Part shown: one piece after another, positions 1 through 8,361 of the stretch
Layout: every line of letters begins with the position of its first letter
Numbering within the stretch: the first letter of the stretch is position 1
Virus record (IMG/VR): IMGVR_UViG_3300049893_000724
Coordinates: 32,001-96,000 of that record
Source: a virus
Length of the DNA stretch: 64,000 nucleotides
Strand: one strand, 5' to 3'
The notes under the pieces: generated by a model
Seen by the model: the letters and a program-made list of their open reading frames with translations, nothing else
Told to the model about the DNA's origin: nothing
Database searches by the model: none
Program-made: the position numbers and the translations under genes

Positions 1-298
1 CAATTTCACGGGTAGCAACAAGAGACCTAACAATATAGATTTTTTCGTAAGGAGATCTTTCGTCAAGAACATCTCTCAGTGCATTGTAGAGTGCAATGAA
101 CGTTTTACCCGTTCCAGCACATCCATATGCAACAATATTTTGATCCAATTTATAGGACTTAAAAAACTCTTCTTGATTATCAGTAAGAGGATCAATAGTC
201 CTCATCAAATCAGAGTTAATAGGTTTTTTACGTTTCATTTGTTTATTACTCATACCAAATGGAACTGGTGTTTTTGGAGTGTTTCTTTTTGCTGGCAT
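1..298 (-). CDS. phoH: PhoH family ATPase, 5' part (runs off the window start)
   Basis: Manual translation from ATG at 298 gives MPAKRNTPKTPVPFGMSNKQMKRKKPINSDLMRTIDPLTDNQ...VAYGCAGTGKTFIALY...KIYIVRSLVATREI; Walker A GCAGTGKT plus the PhoH-type IYIVRS motif. Not in the ORF track. Confidence 0.92.
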   Translation of the reverse strand, partial: MPAKRNTPKTPVPFGMSNKQMKRKKPINSDLMRTIDPLTDNQEEFFKSYKLDQNIVAYGCAGTGKTFIALYNALRDVLDERSPYEKIYIVRSLVATREI

Positions 299-305
299 AG
301 GAGTA

Positions 306-554
306 TCAAATTGGTTTTACTTTAGATCCAGGTGCTTTCGATGCTTTATGTAAAACATCATTCCATCCTGGATGGGACTTTTTCAGTCTGTCATAAATTT
401 CACCAACTTCTCCTGCAGAAGGACATGTTGATGGATCTGACCAATCTCTATCCCAATCTGGATTATCTTTCTTCCACTGATCCCAGTCATGAACACTCAT
501 GCTCACTTCTTTCTGTTCACCAGTAGTTTTGTTAATAACAGGATATGTTGCCAT
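306..554 (-). CDS. Conserved cyanophage-type hypothetical protein (82 aa)
   Basis: ORF track MATYPVINKTTGEQKE...; packed in operon directly before phoH. Confidence 0.75.
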   Translation of the reverse strand: MATYPVINKTTGEQKEVSMSVHDWDQWKKDNPDWDRDWSDPSTCPSAGEVGEIYDRLKKSHPGWNDVLHKASKAPGSKVKPI

Positions 555-579
555 AAATTACATAAAAATATAGGAATAT

Positions 580-1269
580 TTATTCAATGGTAATTGAAGG
601 TGCGTCTACACATTCAGAACACCCATCACGTTTCCATCCAAGTGCTTCTGATACTGCAGGAAATTGGCAAGTAAAAATACAACGAATCAACTCTGCGATT
701 TCCATATGTTCTTTTTGAGTTCCGTGTGCAGAACGAAGATCAATATAATGGATCCACGAACGCACAGAGCCGGTCATATAGAGGCGTGTGGGCGTCGCTA
801 AGGGCAGTACGAACCTTGCACACTCTTTTGCCACTCCCTTGTCTAGAAGACGATTATAGATGCGTAGAGACTGCTCAAAATGCATTCTAATGTCTTCACA
901 CAAAGTCAGTTTCAAATAATCAGGAATATCATCAATACTGTTCTGACGATTTTTAGTATCCTGACGACGCAACTCAGGAAGAGGAATAGATTTACCTAAA
1001 AGACTTGCATCAGCATAGCGTTGTGAAAATTCTTGATATGTGAAAGAACGATGGCGAAGGATTTGAGCCGCGATGCCACGAGTCGTGTTAATCTCCACTG
1101 TCATCGTCGCTTGTTCGAAGATGCTCCAGTGTTGATGCTGAATACAATACTTAAGAAGACCGGAGAACTTTTCGTTTTCTTGATTAGCAGGATTACTCAC
1201 ACGGGCACAGTATGCCATATGCTTTTCTGCATCTGGAGTAACACTAATGAGTTTTACTTCTGGTTTCAT
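580..1269 (-). CDS. thyX: FAD-dependent thymidylate synthase ThyX
   Basis: RHRSFTYQEFSQRY ThyX signature. Start moved to MKPEVKL (1269) because a separate upstream ORF ends at 1280. Confidence 0.96.
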   Translation of the reverse strand: MKPEVKLISVTPDAEKHMAYCARVSNPANQENEKFSGLLKYCIQHQHWSIFEQATMTVEINTTRGIAAQILRHRSFTYQEFSQRYADASLLGKSIPLPELRRQDTKNRQNSIDDIPDYLKLTLCEDIRMHFEQSLRIYNRLLDKGVAKECARFVLPLATPTRLYMTGSVRSWIHYIDLRSAHGTQKEHMEIAELIRCIFTCQFPAVSEALGWKRDGCSECVDAPSITIE

Positions 1270-1279
1270 AAACTCAAAC

Positions 1280-1459
1280 TCAGTCGGGATATCCATCATC
1301 ATCTCCATCATAAAATACTTCGTCGTAATCAGAAATGTAAGGTGCTACTTCTTCGTAGGATGCTTTATATGCGTCCACGTCTGAGTAAACTTCAGACTTT
1401 AAAGAGTCAACTAGTAACTCCAAATTATGGACGATCAGTTTAAGTTTTTCTTTGTCCAT
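1280..1459 (-). CDS. Small acidic hypothetical protein (59 aa)
   Basis: Manual translation MDKEKLKLIVHNLELLVDSLKSEVYSDVDAY...DGDDDGYPD*; lies just after a TTGACA-17-TATAAT promoter. Confidence 0.75.
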   Translation of the reverse strand: MDKEKLKLIVHNLELLVDSLKSEVYSDVDAYKASYEEVAPYISDYDEVFYDGDDDGYPD

Positions 1460-1480
1460 TTTTATAACACTGACGTAACA

Positions 1481-1509
1481 ATTATAGTTAAAAAAAAGGG
1501 AGGTGTCAA
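1481..1509 (-). promoter_or_regulatory. sigma70-type early promoter
   Basis: Minus strand TTGACA (1509-1504), 17 nt, TATAAT (1486-1481). Confidence 0.85.
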
Positions 1510-1515
1510 CCTCCC
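1490..1515 (-). terminator. Intrinsic terminator whose loop is the -35 hexamer
   Basis: GGGAGG-TTGACA-CCTCCC followed by T8 on the minus strand. Confidence 0.8.
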
Positions 1516-1522
1516 AGAGTTA

Positions 1523-1621
1523 TTATTTTGCTGCTACTAGCGTAGCAAGAGATGCCTTTTGGCGTCTCTCTTCTTTTTGTTTTTGTTCTTTAATGATTTG
1601 TAGGAAGTTAAGTTTCTTCAT
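1523..1621 (-). CDS. Small basic peptide (32 aa)
   Basis: MKKLNFLQIIKEQKQKEERRQKASLATLVAAK*; ATGA overlap with the upstream gene stop. Confidence 0.6.
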   Translation of the reverse strand: MKKLNFLQIIKEQKQKEERRQKASLATLVAAK

Positions 1622-1770
1622 TTTACCCTCTCCATGGAAGACTTGTTTCCATTTTCATCAACATAAAACATTGTTCCACGGTAGATTTCTACGTGTGGTT
1701 CACGCTTAAATGTTTGATTGGGGCGTTCGATGGTGTTATATTCTACACCACGGTATACTACTTTTGACAT
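1618..1770 (-). CDS. DUF4278-like small protein (50 aa)
   Basis: MSKVVYRGVEYNTIERPNQTFKREPHVEIYRGTMFYVDENGNKSSMERVK*; two YRG motifs typical of DUF4278; AGGAG SD upstream. Confidence 0.75.
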   Translation of the reverse strand: MSKVVYRGVEYNTIERPNQTFKREPHVEIYRGTMFYVDENGNKSSMERVK

Positions 1771-1802
1771 TAGGTTTCTCCTTAATGGTTTAGGTTAAAG
1801 AG

Positions 1803-1853
1803 CGTTCCTTCAGTCGGCGTTTGCGTTCGCTATTTGAGAATAGCGAATGAACG
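1803..1853 (-). ncRNA. Glutamine riboswitch-like aptamer 2 (Downstream-peptide / glnA type)
   Basis: CGTTCA-TTCGCTATT-CTCA-AATAGCGAA-CGCAAACGCCGACTGAAGGAACG; P1 CGTTC/GAACG, 9-bp P2, upstream of the DUF4278-like gene. Confidence 0.75.
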
Positions 1854-1855
1854 AT

Positions 1856-2105
1856 CCGTTCCGCGTCGGCTTACTTCCGTCCTATTCAGTTCAGCACCTA
1901 GTCACAACATCCTTTCGGAGTTCTAATAGCAGTCGGTCTTCCATCTTTTGGTAAACTACATCGTCGTTTTTAACAATGTCCATTAGTTCCCACGCCGCAT
2001 TGCAACTTATTCTAACTGGATATTCAGTTTTAAGTTGCGGTGAGGCAAAAGAAAGAAGTGGAACCCATGCTAAAAGCAAAAGTGCTTTAGTCATAGGATG
2101 AACGG
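1856..2105 (-). ncRNA. Glutamine riboswitch-like aptamer 1, split by an ORF in its P2 loop
   Basis: 5' half CCGTTCA-TCCTAT (2105-2093); 3' half ATAGGA-CGGAAGTAAGCCGACGCGGAACGG (1885-1856). Confidence 0.6.
1891..2094 (-). CDS. Hypothetical protein with signal-peptide-like N-terminus (67 aa)
   Basis: ORF track; hydrophobic N-terminus MTKALLLLAWVPLLSFA, two Cys. Confidence 0.65.
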   Translation of the reverse strand: MTKALLLLAWVPLLSFASPQLKTEYPVRISCNAAWELMDIVKNDDVVYQKMEDRLLLELRKDVVTRC

Positions 2106-2173
2106 TAGGGGATTATTATACCCCTATTCAACCTATATAGCAAGTTTTGTGTGTATTTCCTGATACAATTTTC

Positions 2174-2500
2174 CTATCGCTCAATATAACTTAACGTATG
2201 ATTGGTTGCGTAAAGTTGTTGAATGATAATATCACATCCAATCTTAGGATTACAATCTCCACAGGTATATACATCAACTGCTGCTTTACCTTCTTCGGGC
2301 CAAGTATGAATACTAATATGACTTTCAGACAATAAACAAATCACAGTAACTCCTTGTGGTTCAAACTTTTTTGAAATTGTTTGAACCACTGTAGCACCAC
2401 TTGCTACCGCTGCATTTTCTAATAGGTCTATAAGGCAACGTTCATCGTCCAAAAGAACAAACGAACAACCATATAAATTAAGTAGATAATGTTTCCCCAT
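2174..2500 (-). CDS. speD: S-adenosylmethionine decarboxylase proenzyme family
   Basis: LSESHISIHTWPE pyruvoyl self-cleavage motif, DVYTCG. Confidence 0.92.
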   Translation of the reverse strand: MGKHYLLNLYGCSFVLLDDERCLIDLLENAAVASGATVVQTISKKFEPQGVTVICLLSESHISIHTWPEEGKAAVDVYTCGDCNPKIGCDIIIQQLYATNHTLSYIER

Positions 2501-2678
2501 TCTCTTCTGCTTCTTTAATCAATTGACTCACATACGTTTCAGTTCCATCCATAGTCTTAACTTCAAAAATTGAAGATCTTTGGTACTTTTTTATCTTCTT
2601 ATATCTTTTAAGAAGTTTTTTTACCTCTTCTTTGTAAATTGCAACTTCAATTTTTTCTTCACTAAAACCTTCACTCAT
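2478..2678 (-). CDS. Hypothetical protein
   Basis: ORF track; likely start MSEGFSEEK at 2678. Confidence 0.65.
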   Translation of the reverse strand: MSEGFSEEKIEVAIYKEEVKKLLKRYKKIKKYQRSSIFEVKTMDGTETYVSQLIKEAEENGETLST

Positions 2679-2980
2679 TTTCTTTTTTTCTTTTCTGGTT
2701 GTTTGTATCCCCAAAGTTTAGGGTTAGTTCTACCGTATCCAAAATCAATTTTTTGGACTGCACCTGGACCATACTTATCATAGTACATATCAAAGATACG
2801 TACTCTAGTACCTCTTACGAGATCGATATAATCTTTTCCATCAAGATTGTACCAAATCAAATAGGCATCATTTGGAAAAGAAGAATCTTTTGCAGTTTCA
2901 ACCGTTGTTTTTTCTAGAAGAATTTCGCATCCATAGTTGCTGGGCAGAACACTTCTGTCTTCTCTTCCATTATCTGCCAT
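2675..2980 (-). CDS. Hypothetical protein
   Basis: ORF track; likely start MADNGRE at 2980; overlaps neighbours as in an operon. Confidence 0.7.
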   Translation of the reverse strand: MADNGREDRSVLPSNYGCEILLEKTTVETAKDSSFPNDAYLIWYNLDGKDYIDLVRGTRVRIFDMYYDKYGPGAVQKIDFGYGRTNPKLWGYKQPEKKKRK

Positions 2981-3006
2981 ACGCTTCTCCGTACTTACTG
3001 CAACTG

Positions 3007-3579
3007 TCATGAACGCCCACCCCATTGAATATCGGGGTATGCCTCTTTTACATTTTCATGAGTGATTTTGTATTTAGTTTGTAACTTCTTATCCTTTACA
3101 AGGCACAGTAGTTCTGCTTCTCTGGGATGCAAACCTTCAAGAAGGTTAATGAACATCATTTCTCTACGAATAGTTGTCAGAGAATTGTTACCACCACGAA
3201 CATAGTGATAAAGATTTTGATACTCTCTTCGAAGAGAAGTTTTTCCAAGACCCTGAAGGTCTTGAGTAGTTGCAGATTCTCCACCTGCAGCTTCTCTAGA
3301 AAGATTATCAGAAAGATTTCCAGAATAAACGTTTTGATCTTTTACATCACCATAAGGAACAGGTCCCTCTGGGAGAAGAGAGATTACAGTCTCATCAAAA
3401 TTCCAAATCAAAACAGATTTAATAGAGGGATGCTCGTAAGTTTTTAAAACCTCTACTTTCTTTTCATTACTTCTTTGTTTTGATGCAAGTTCTAGAACTT
3501 CAAAAACAAATGGATTTGTGGGAAGAGATGGGATTGGTTCTTCAGTCTTCTTCCTCGTCTTCGTAGTCGTCATAGTCAT
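3007..3579 (-). CDS. Conserved T4-like phage hypothetical protein
   Basis: ORF track; motifs LLPEGPVPY and RREMMFINLLEGLHPREAELL. Confidence 0.8.
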   Translation of the reverse strand: MTMTTTKTRKKTEEPIPSLPTNPFVFEVLELASKQRSNEKKVEVLKTYEHPSIKSVLIWNFDETVISLLPEGPVPYGDVKDQNVYSGNLSDNLSREAAGGESATTQDLQGLGKTSLRREYQNLYHYVRGGNNSLTTIRREMMFINLLEGLHPREAELLCLVKDKKLQTKYKITHENVKEAYPDIQWGGRS

Positions 3580-3763
3580 TTTCAAATCGTACTGCTAAAA
3601 TTTCGTCTGGTATTACATTCCCATTTGAGTCAAACATCTCTGGGTGTGTATAGACTGGCGAAGTTTGATAAAAATGCTCCTTTGCCATCCATCCTATTAC
3701 TCCACCAACAAAAAAGAACATTATAGAAACTAGAGTGCCGATGGTGAGTGTTACTGCTAACAT
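3542..3763 (-). CDS. Small membrane protein
   Basis: One hydrophobic segment then acidic tail. Confidence 0.65.
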   Translation of the reverse strand: MLAVTLTIGTLVSIMFFFVGGVIGWMAKEHFYQTSPVYTHPEMFDSNGNVIPDEILAVRFENDYDDYEDEEED

Positions 3764-3781
3764 TTTCCTTCTCCAGAGAGT

Positions 3782-4006
3782 TTATTTTTTCCTAATATCA
3801 AAATGAAATTCTATAAAGAAGTGAAACTCTCTGCGGAATAGAGAGATCATCTTACCAAACTTCACTTGAAAAGTCTTTGGTTTTTCTGATCTTCTCCTCC
3901 TATTGCGTAATAATAATTCAACACCCCGATTAATCTGGGGTTCTGACTTATTTAGTTTGCTTCTTGCGTCTTCCTGGTCGTCTATCATGACTGTATTTCC
4001 AGGCAT
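3782..4006 (-). CDS. Hypothetical protein (start uncertain)
   Basis: ORF track; fills the operon gap. Confidence 0.5.
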   Translation of the reverse strand: MPGNTVMIDDQEDARSKLNKSEPQINRGVELLLRNRRRRSEKPKTFQVKFGKMISLFRREFHFFIEFHFDIRKK

Positions 4007-4307
4007 CTTCTAGGATGCTATACAAATAGTTTCTAATTTTTCTTGCTTCGGGTTTTGGTAGATAACCATATCCCTCACGAAGTTGTTTATGTATTTCATC
4101 AGCGCCACCTTCAAGATAGTCATCAAGATCCATTACAAGGCTATTAATTTCATTTGCAGTGGCACTTTCAATAAACTCTTCAACTTCGTGGCGTTTTGTT
4201 CCACGAATTTTTAAGTAATCATAGAACTTTAAAACAAATTGTCCTTTGAAAGCATAGTCGATTGCTTTCTCAACATCACCATAAACTTCGTGAAAATTGC
4301 TGTCCAT
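3948..4307 (-). CDS. Hypothetical protein
   Basis: ORF track; start overlaps the glutaredoxin stop. Confidence 0.75.
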   Translation of the reverse strand: MDSNFHEVYGDVEKAIDYAFKGQFVLKFYDYLKIRGTKRHEVEEFIESATANEINSLVMDLDDYLEGGADEIHKQLREGYGYLPKPEARKIRNYLYSILEDAWKYSHDRRPGRRKKQTK

Positions 4308-4543
4308 TAAACTAGATTTTGCTCCTTCAGGTATTGAACAGTATCAGTGCATCCACCAATATGTTTATCGTCAACAATGACTTGAGGGAAAGTGGAACCC
4401 TCTCCAAATTCTGCGTAAAACTCTTCACGAGTAAAATCTGTATTCAATTTGTAGACAACATGCTGCAACTCTGCTAATTGTAGCACCTGTTCCACTTTTG
4501 TGCAATATGGACAACCATCTTTTGAATAAATTGTGAACTTCAT
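4307..4543 (-). CDS. grx: Glutaredoxin (NrdC-like)
   Basis: CPYC active site, TFPQV, IGGC. Confidence 0.93.
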   Translation of the reverse strand: MKFTIYSKDGCPYCTKVEQVLQLAELQHVVYKLNTDFTREEFYAEFGEGSTFPQVIVDDKHIGGCTDTVQYLKEQNLV

Positions 4544-4563
4544 ATCTTTTATAAAACTGAAAT

Positions 4564-4875
4564 TTATTTAGCGTTAACTGGAATCCCTTGTCCTTCAGGG
4601 AGTTTAATTTGTGGGAGTTTTTCTGGTTCACGGACTTCCCAAGAACCACCAACTCCACCGTCCATATTTACAATAATCTCATTGGTTGGTAATGCCTTGG
4701 GTATCTCAACATCAATCACTGGACTCATGAGTGTTTTGTTTTTTACAATCTCACGATTTGGTGTGTCCAGACTCATCACCATTTTTGCATCTTCAAGGTT
4801 ACCACAATCACAAATTTTTTTATGAGTTCTTCTTTCTCTTACTGTGAAATAGTCTTCACTGTTGTACTTGTTCAT
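4564..4875 (-). CDS. Hypothetical protein
   Basis: ORF track, 103 aa. Confidence 0.7.
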   Translation of the reverse strand: MNKYNSEDYFTVRERRTHKKICDCGNLEDAKMVMSLDTPNREIVKNKTLMSPVIDVEIPKALPTNEIIVNMDGGVGGSWEVREPEKLPQIKLPEGQGIPVNAK

Positions 4876-4984
4876 CTTCTAAATTATTTTCCTTATTATA
4901 GGTCTCTTGTGGTTTTCTGTAAAGATTAGGCCAAGTATCTCTAATTATTTCTGCCAACTTGTAAGGTGTTTCTGTTGTTATCAT
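4856..4984 (-). CDS. Small hypothetical protein (42 aa)
   Basis: Manual translation MITTETPYKLAEIIRDTWPNLYRKPQETYNKENNLEDEQVQQ*. Confidence 0.55.
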   Translation of the reverse strand: MITTETPYKLAEIIRDTWPNLYRKPQETYNKENNLEDEQVQQ

Positions 4985-5055
4985 AAATCTTGTGATACTG
5001 CTACTATAAACATAAAAATTCCAAAAAGAATAAAAGTAATTAGAATACCAAGCAT

Positions 5056-5079
5056 AAAAAAAGGAGTTCAGAGAACTCC
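5056..5079 (-). terminator. Intrinsic terminator after psbD
   Basis: GGAGTTC-TCT-GAACTCC followed by T7. Confidence 0.8.
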
Positions 5080-5089
5080 CTTATTTAGA

Positions 5090-6151
5090 TCAGAGTGCGT
5101 TGCCTCGTGGCAAGACTTCCTCTGGGAACACAAAGTTCTCGTGAGGTTGGTCTACTGGTGCCATCCACGCACGGAGACCTTCATTGAGAAGGATATTCTT
5201 GGTATAGAAAGTTTCAAACTCGGGGTCTTCTGCTGCTCGAATCTCCTGACTTACAAAGTCGTAAGCACGAAGATTGAGAGCGAGACCAATGATACCAATA
5301 GAAGAAGTCCAGAGACCCATGACGGGAACGAAAAGCATAAAGAAATGAAGCCAACGCTTATTGGAAAAAGCAATCCCAAAAATCTGCGACCAGAAACGGT
5401 TCGCAGTAACCATCGAGTAAGTCTCTTCTTCTTGGGTTGGTTCAAATGCTTTAAAAGTGTTTGCTTTGTCGCCATCTTCAAATAGTGTGTTTTCTACAGT
5501 TGCTCCATGAATCGCACAGAGCAGTGCTCCACCTAGTATACCAGCAACTCCCATCATATGGAAGGGGTTGAGGGTCCAGTTGTGGAAACCCTGAAGGAAC
5601 AATAGGAACCTGAAGATTGCTGCGACACCAAAGGAAGGTGCGAAGAACCAACTGGATTGACCTAGTGGATACATCAGGAAGACGCTGACGAACACAGCGA
5701 TAGGTCCAGAGAATGCGATTGCGTTATAAGGACGAATGCCCACAAGTCGGGCAATCTCAAACTGGCGAAGCATGAATCCGATTAAGCTGAAAGCCCCGTG
5801 GAGCGCCACAAAAGGCCAGAGTCCCCCAAGTTGGACCCAGCGGACGAAATCTCCCTGAGCCTCAGGACCCCATAGGAGTAGGAGAGAATGTCCGAGAGCG
5901 TCAGCAGGAGTAGAAACAGCAGCAGTAAGAAAGTTGCACCCCTCAAGATATGAACTCGCAATGCCGTGGGTGTACCAACTGGTAGCAAAGGTGGTTCCTG
6001 TAAGCCACCCGCCAAGAGCAAGATAAGCTGTAGGGAAAAGGAGAAGGCCAGACCAACCGACAAACACAAACCGATCACGCTTAAGCCAATCATCGAGAAC
6101 ATCGAACCACCCCCGTTGTTGAATAGGTTGTGAAAGTGTAGATGAAACCAT
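5090..6151 (-). CDS. psbD: Photosystem II D2 protein
   Basis: [34 protein letters not shown]-terminal [10 protein letters not shown]. Confidence 0.99.
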   Translation of the reverse strand: MVSSTLSQPIQQRGWFDVLDDWLKRDRFVFVGWSGLLLFPTAYLALGGWLTGTTFATSWYTHGIASSYLEGCNFLTAAVSTPADALGHSLLLLWGPEAQGDFVRWVQLGGLWPFVALHGAFSLIGFMLRQFEIARLVGIRPYNAIAFSGPIAVFVSVFLMYPLGQSSWFFAPSFGVAAIFRFLLFLQGFHNWTLNPFHMMGVAGILGGALLCAIHGATVENTLFEDGDKANTFKAFEPTQEEETYSMVTANRFWSQIFGIAFSNKRWLHFFMLFVPVMGLWTSSIGIIGLALNLRAYDFVSQEIRAAEDPEFETFYTKNILLNEGLRAWMAPVDQPHENFVFPEEVLPRGNAL

Positions 6152-6165
6152 TTATTCCTCCATAG

Positions 6166-6192
6166 AAAAGAAAAGGGGATCCGAAGATCCCC
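6166..6192 (-). terminator. Intrinsic terminator between psbA and psbD
   Basis: GGGGATC-TTCG-GATCCCC then TTTTCTTTT. Confidence 0.8.
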
Positions 6193-6212
6193 AGTGAATA
6201 TTGGTTGTTAAG

Positions 6213-7292
6213 TCAACCGATTGCAGGTGCAGTGAGAGCAACAGGAGTTGACTCAGCAGCAGCAAGATCCAGAGGGAAGTTGTGTGCGTTCCTCTCGTGC
6301 ATCACCTCCATGCCCAGACCAGCGCGGTTCAGTACATCAGCCCAGGTGTTAAGAACACGACCTTGTGAGTCAATGATCGACTGGTTGAAGTTGAATCCGT
6401 TGAGGTTGAAGGCCATCGTGGAAACACCAAGAGCGGTGAACCAGATACCTACAACAGGCCATGCAGCGAGGAAGAAGTGAAGTGAACGAGAGTTGTTGAA
6501 CGAAGCGTACTGGAAGATCAGACGACCAAAGTAGCCGTGTGCAGCAACGATGTTATAGGTCTCTTCTTCTTGACCGAACTTGTAACCGTAGTTCTGTGAC
6601 TCGTTCTCGGTGGTTTCACGAACCAGCGAGGAAGTAACCAGAGAACCGTGCATAGCACTGAACAAAGAACCACCGAACACACCAGCAACTCCAAGCATAT
6701 GGAAGGGGTGCATCAGGATGTTGTGCTCTGCCTGGAACACAAGCATATAGTTGAACGTACCAGAGATACCCAGAGGCATCGCGTCAGAGAAAGAACCCTG
6801 ACCAAAAGGATACACAAGGAACACTGCGCTTGCAGCAGCAACAGGTGCAGAGTAAGCAACGCAGATCCAAGGACGCATACCCAAACGGTAGGAAAGTTCC
6901 CACTCACGACCCATATAAGCATAGATGCCGATGAGGAAGTGGAAGACTACCAGTTGGAAAGGTCCACCGTTGTAAAGCCACTCATCTAGGGAAGCAGCTT
7001 CCCAGATGGGGTAAAAGTGAAGTCCAATAGCATTGGACGACGGAATCACAGCACCAGAGATGATGTTGTTTCCGTACATGAGTGAACCAGCAACGGGTTC
7101 ACGGATACCATCGATGTCCACAGGAGGAGCAGCGATGAATGCAACGATGAAGCAGATTGTTGCAGCAAGCAGGCAAGGAATCATCAGAACGCCGAACCAA
7201 CCCACATAGAGGCGGTTGTCGGTGCTGGTGATCCACTCGCAGAATTGTTCCCAAGTATTCGATTGTCGTTGTTGAGCGATTGAAGCAGTCAT
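6213..7292 (-). CDS. psbA: Photosystem II D1 protein
   Basis: [33 protein letters not shown]; uninterrupted (no intron). Confidence 0.99.
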   Translation of the reverse strand: MTASIAQQRQSNTWEQFCEWITSTDNRLYVGWFGVLMIPCLLAATICFIVAFIAAPPVDIDGIREPVAGSLMYGNNIISGAVIPSSNAIGLHFYPIWEAASLDEWLYNGGPFQLVVFHFLIGIYAYMGREWELSYRLGMRPWICVAYSAPVAAASAVFLVYPFGQGSFSDAMPLGISGTFNYMLVFQAEHNILMHPFHMLGVAGVFGGSLFSAMHGSLVTSSLVRETTENESQNYGYKFGQEEETYNIVAAHGYFGRLIFQYASFNNSRSLHFFLAAWPVVGIWFTALGVSTMAFNLNGFNFNQSIIDSQGRVLNTWADVLNRAGLGMEVMHERNAHNFPLDLAAAESTPVALTAPAIG

Positions 7293-7299
7293 TTTTTTA

Positions 7300-7412
7300 A
7301 ACAGTTAGTAAGACCATCAGGGGAATGGTGGAGTTACTATGCTCCCCGCACCCTCAGCGGGGATATGAGAGACGTGATTTATACACCCATAGGTCTCGGT
7401 TAACGGGTGTTT
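7300..7412 (-). ncRNA. Structured psbA 5' leader, PhotoRC-II-like motif
   Basis: CCGAGACC...TCACGTCTCTCATATCCCCGCTGAGGGTGCGGGGAGCATAGTAACTCCACCATTCCCCTGATGGTCTTAC with several hairpins; resembles cyanophage psbA leaders as I recall them. Confidence 0.6.
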
Positions 7413-7460
7413 AACAATGTTAAGATTTATGAGAAATCCGTAACATTTGTTTACCTATTT

Positions 7461-7489
7461 ATCATACTACGGTTTGTTGCCAGTGTCAA
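7461..7489 (-). promoter_or_regulatory. sigma70-type promoter of psbA
   Basis: TTGACA (7489-7484), 17 nt, TATGAT (7466-7461). Confidence 0.75.
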
Positions 7490-7511
7490 CCCTCAAAATG
7501 GGGACATTCTG

Positions 7512-7518
7512 CTAAATA
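7512..7518 (+). promoter_or_regulatory. T4-type late promoter candidate for the plus-strand operon
   Basis: CTAAATA ending 26 nt before the ATG at 7544; (C/A)TAAATA precedes many genes in this window. Confidence 0.5.
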
Positions 7519-7543
7519 CTTGCAGTGTTTATCACAGAGAAAA

Positions 7544-8005
7544 ATGAAAAGACTTCTACTAGCCTTTTCGTTATTCTTTATCACTCCTGTAAGTGCTGCT
7601 GAAATTACATCAAAAATCACTGACTCTATCCAATTAGGCGTTCAGGGCGCAGCGATTCAAACAGAAAGAGTAGGCGGACAATATGCCGTCTCAGGTACAA
7701 ATATTAATGTCACAACTCTTGGTGGAGTTGGTGGAGCAGGCTCTTATGCTATCAACACAAACGGTCAAGCATTTAGTTTCACTGAATCAACTCGCACTGC
7801 AGATACGGCAGTCACCACTGAAACTGTCTCTGCTGGAGCAATTGCTTCTCCCCACACTTATGGGAGTTCTACTACTCAGTTAGCAGGAGACAAAGGTTCT
7901 CTTGCTGGTACATTGTCACCAACTGGTGTTCCTACTGTAACTGCTGGTGGTCCTGGAACCACTGCTACAGCACAACGTAGTATTGAATTGAGCGTATTCA
8001 AATGA
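7544..8005 (+). CDS. Exported Gly/Thr-rich hypothetical protein
   Basis: Signal peptide MKRLLLAFSLFFITPVSAA; start moved to 7544. Confidence 0.8.
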   Translation: MKRLLLAFSLFFITPVSAAEITSKITDSIQLGVQGAAIQTERVGGQYAVSGTNINVTTLGGVGGAGSYAINTNGQAFSFTESTRTADTAVTTETVSAGAIASPHTYGSSTTQLAGDKGSLAGTLSPTGVPTVTAGGPGTTATAQRSIELSVFK

Positions 8006-8361
8006 GAAGGACCCTAGTGGCATTGATGCTGCTAGGGTTTTCCTCCCCCGCCATAGCGAATACGGTTGTGCCTAATTTTACAAGGGGGACGATTACAGCA
8101 GAGACCAAATCTCATACTGAAATCATAGAAACCATTAAACAAATAGAGTATACCACTGGAACTTCTTATACTGTCACTGGCACCAATATCAATATCCCCG
8201 GAACTCCTGCTCCAGGAGCGAATTATACGATTGTAAATCAAGGTGCTCCATTCCAGTTTAGTGAAACAACACTTGGACCTGGTGTGGCAAAAGAAACATG
8301 GATCGAAAGAACTACTACAACCGATTCTACAACAAACTCTATATCTGTCTTTACGCAATAG
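8002..8361 (+). CDS. Exported Thr-rich hypothetical protein, paralogue of the preceding gene
   Basis: Signal peptide; shared Y.V.GTNIN, Y.I...G..F.F.E.T and C-terminal SVF motifs. Confidence 0.8.
   Translation: MRRTLVALMLLGFSSPAIANTVVPNFTRGTITAETKSHTEIIETIKQIEYTTGTSYTVTGTNINIPGTPAPGANYTIVNQGAPFQFSETTLGPGVAKETWIERTTTTDSTTNSISVFTQ

Noticed and set aside
4907-6989. Plus-strand ORFs over psbD and psbA (4907-5485, 6205-6480, 6648-6989)
   Set aside because: Antisense to highly conserved genes; no independent coding signal.
6213-7292. D1 has Glu at position 130 (YMGREWELS), the high-light form; looked for introns
   Set aside because: Ordinary for D1 variants; the ORF is continuous, with no intron or adjacent homing endonuclease.
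7440-7454. Possible NtcA site GTA-N-TAC upstream of psbA
   Set aside because: Spacing is 9 nt rather than the required 8.
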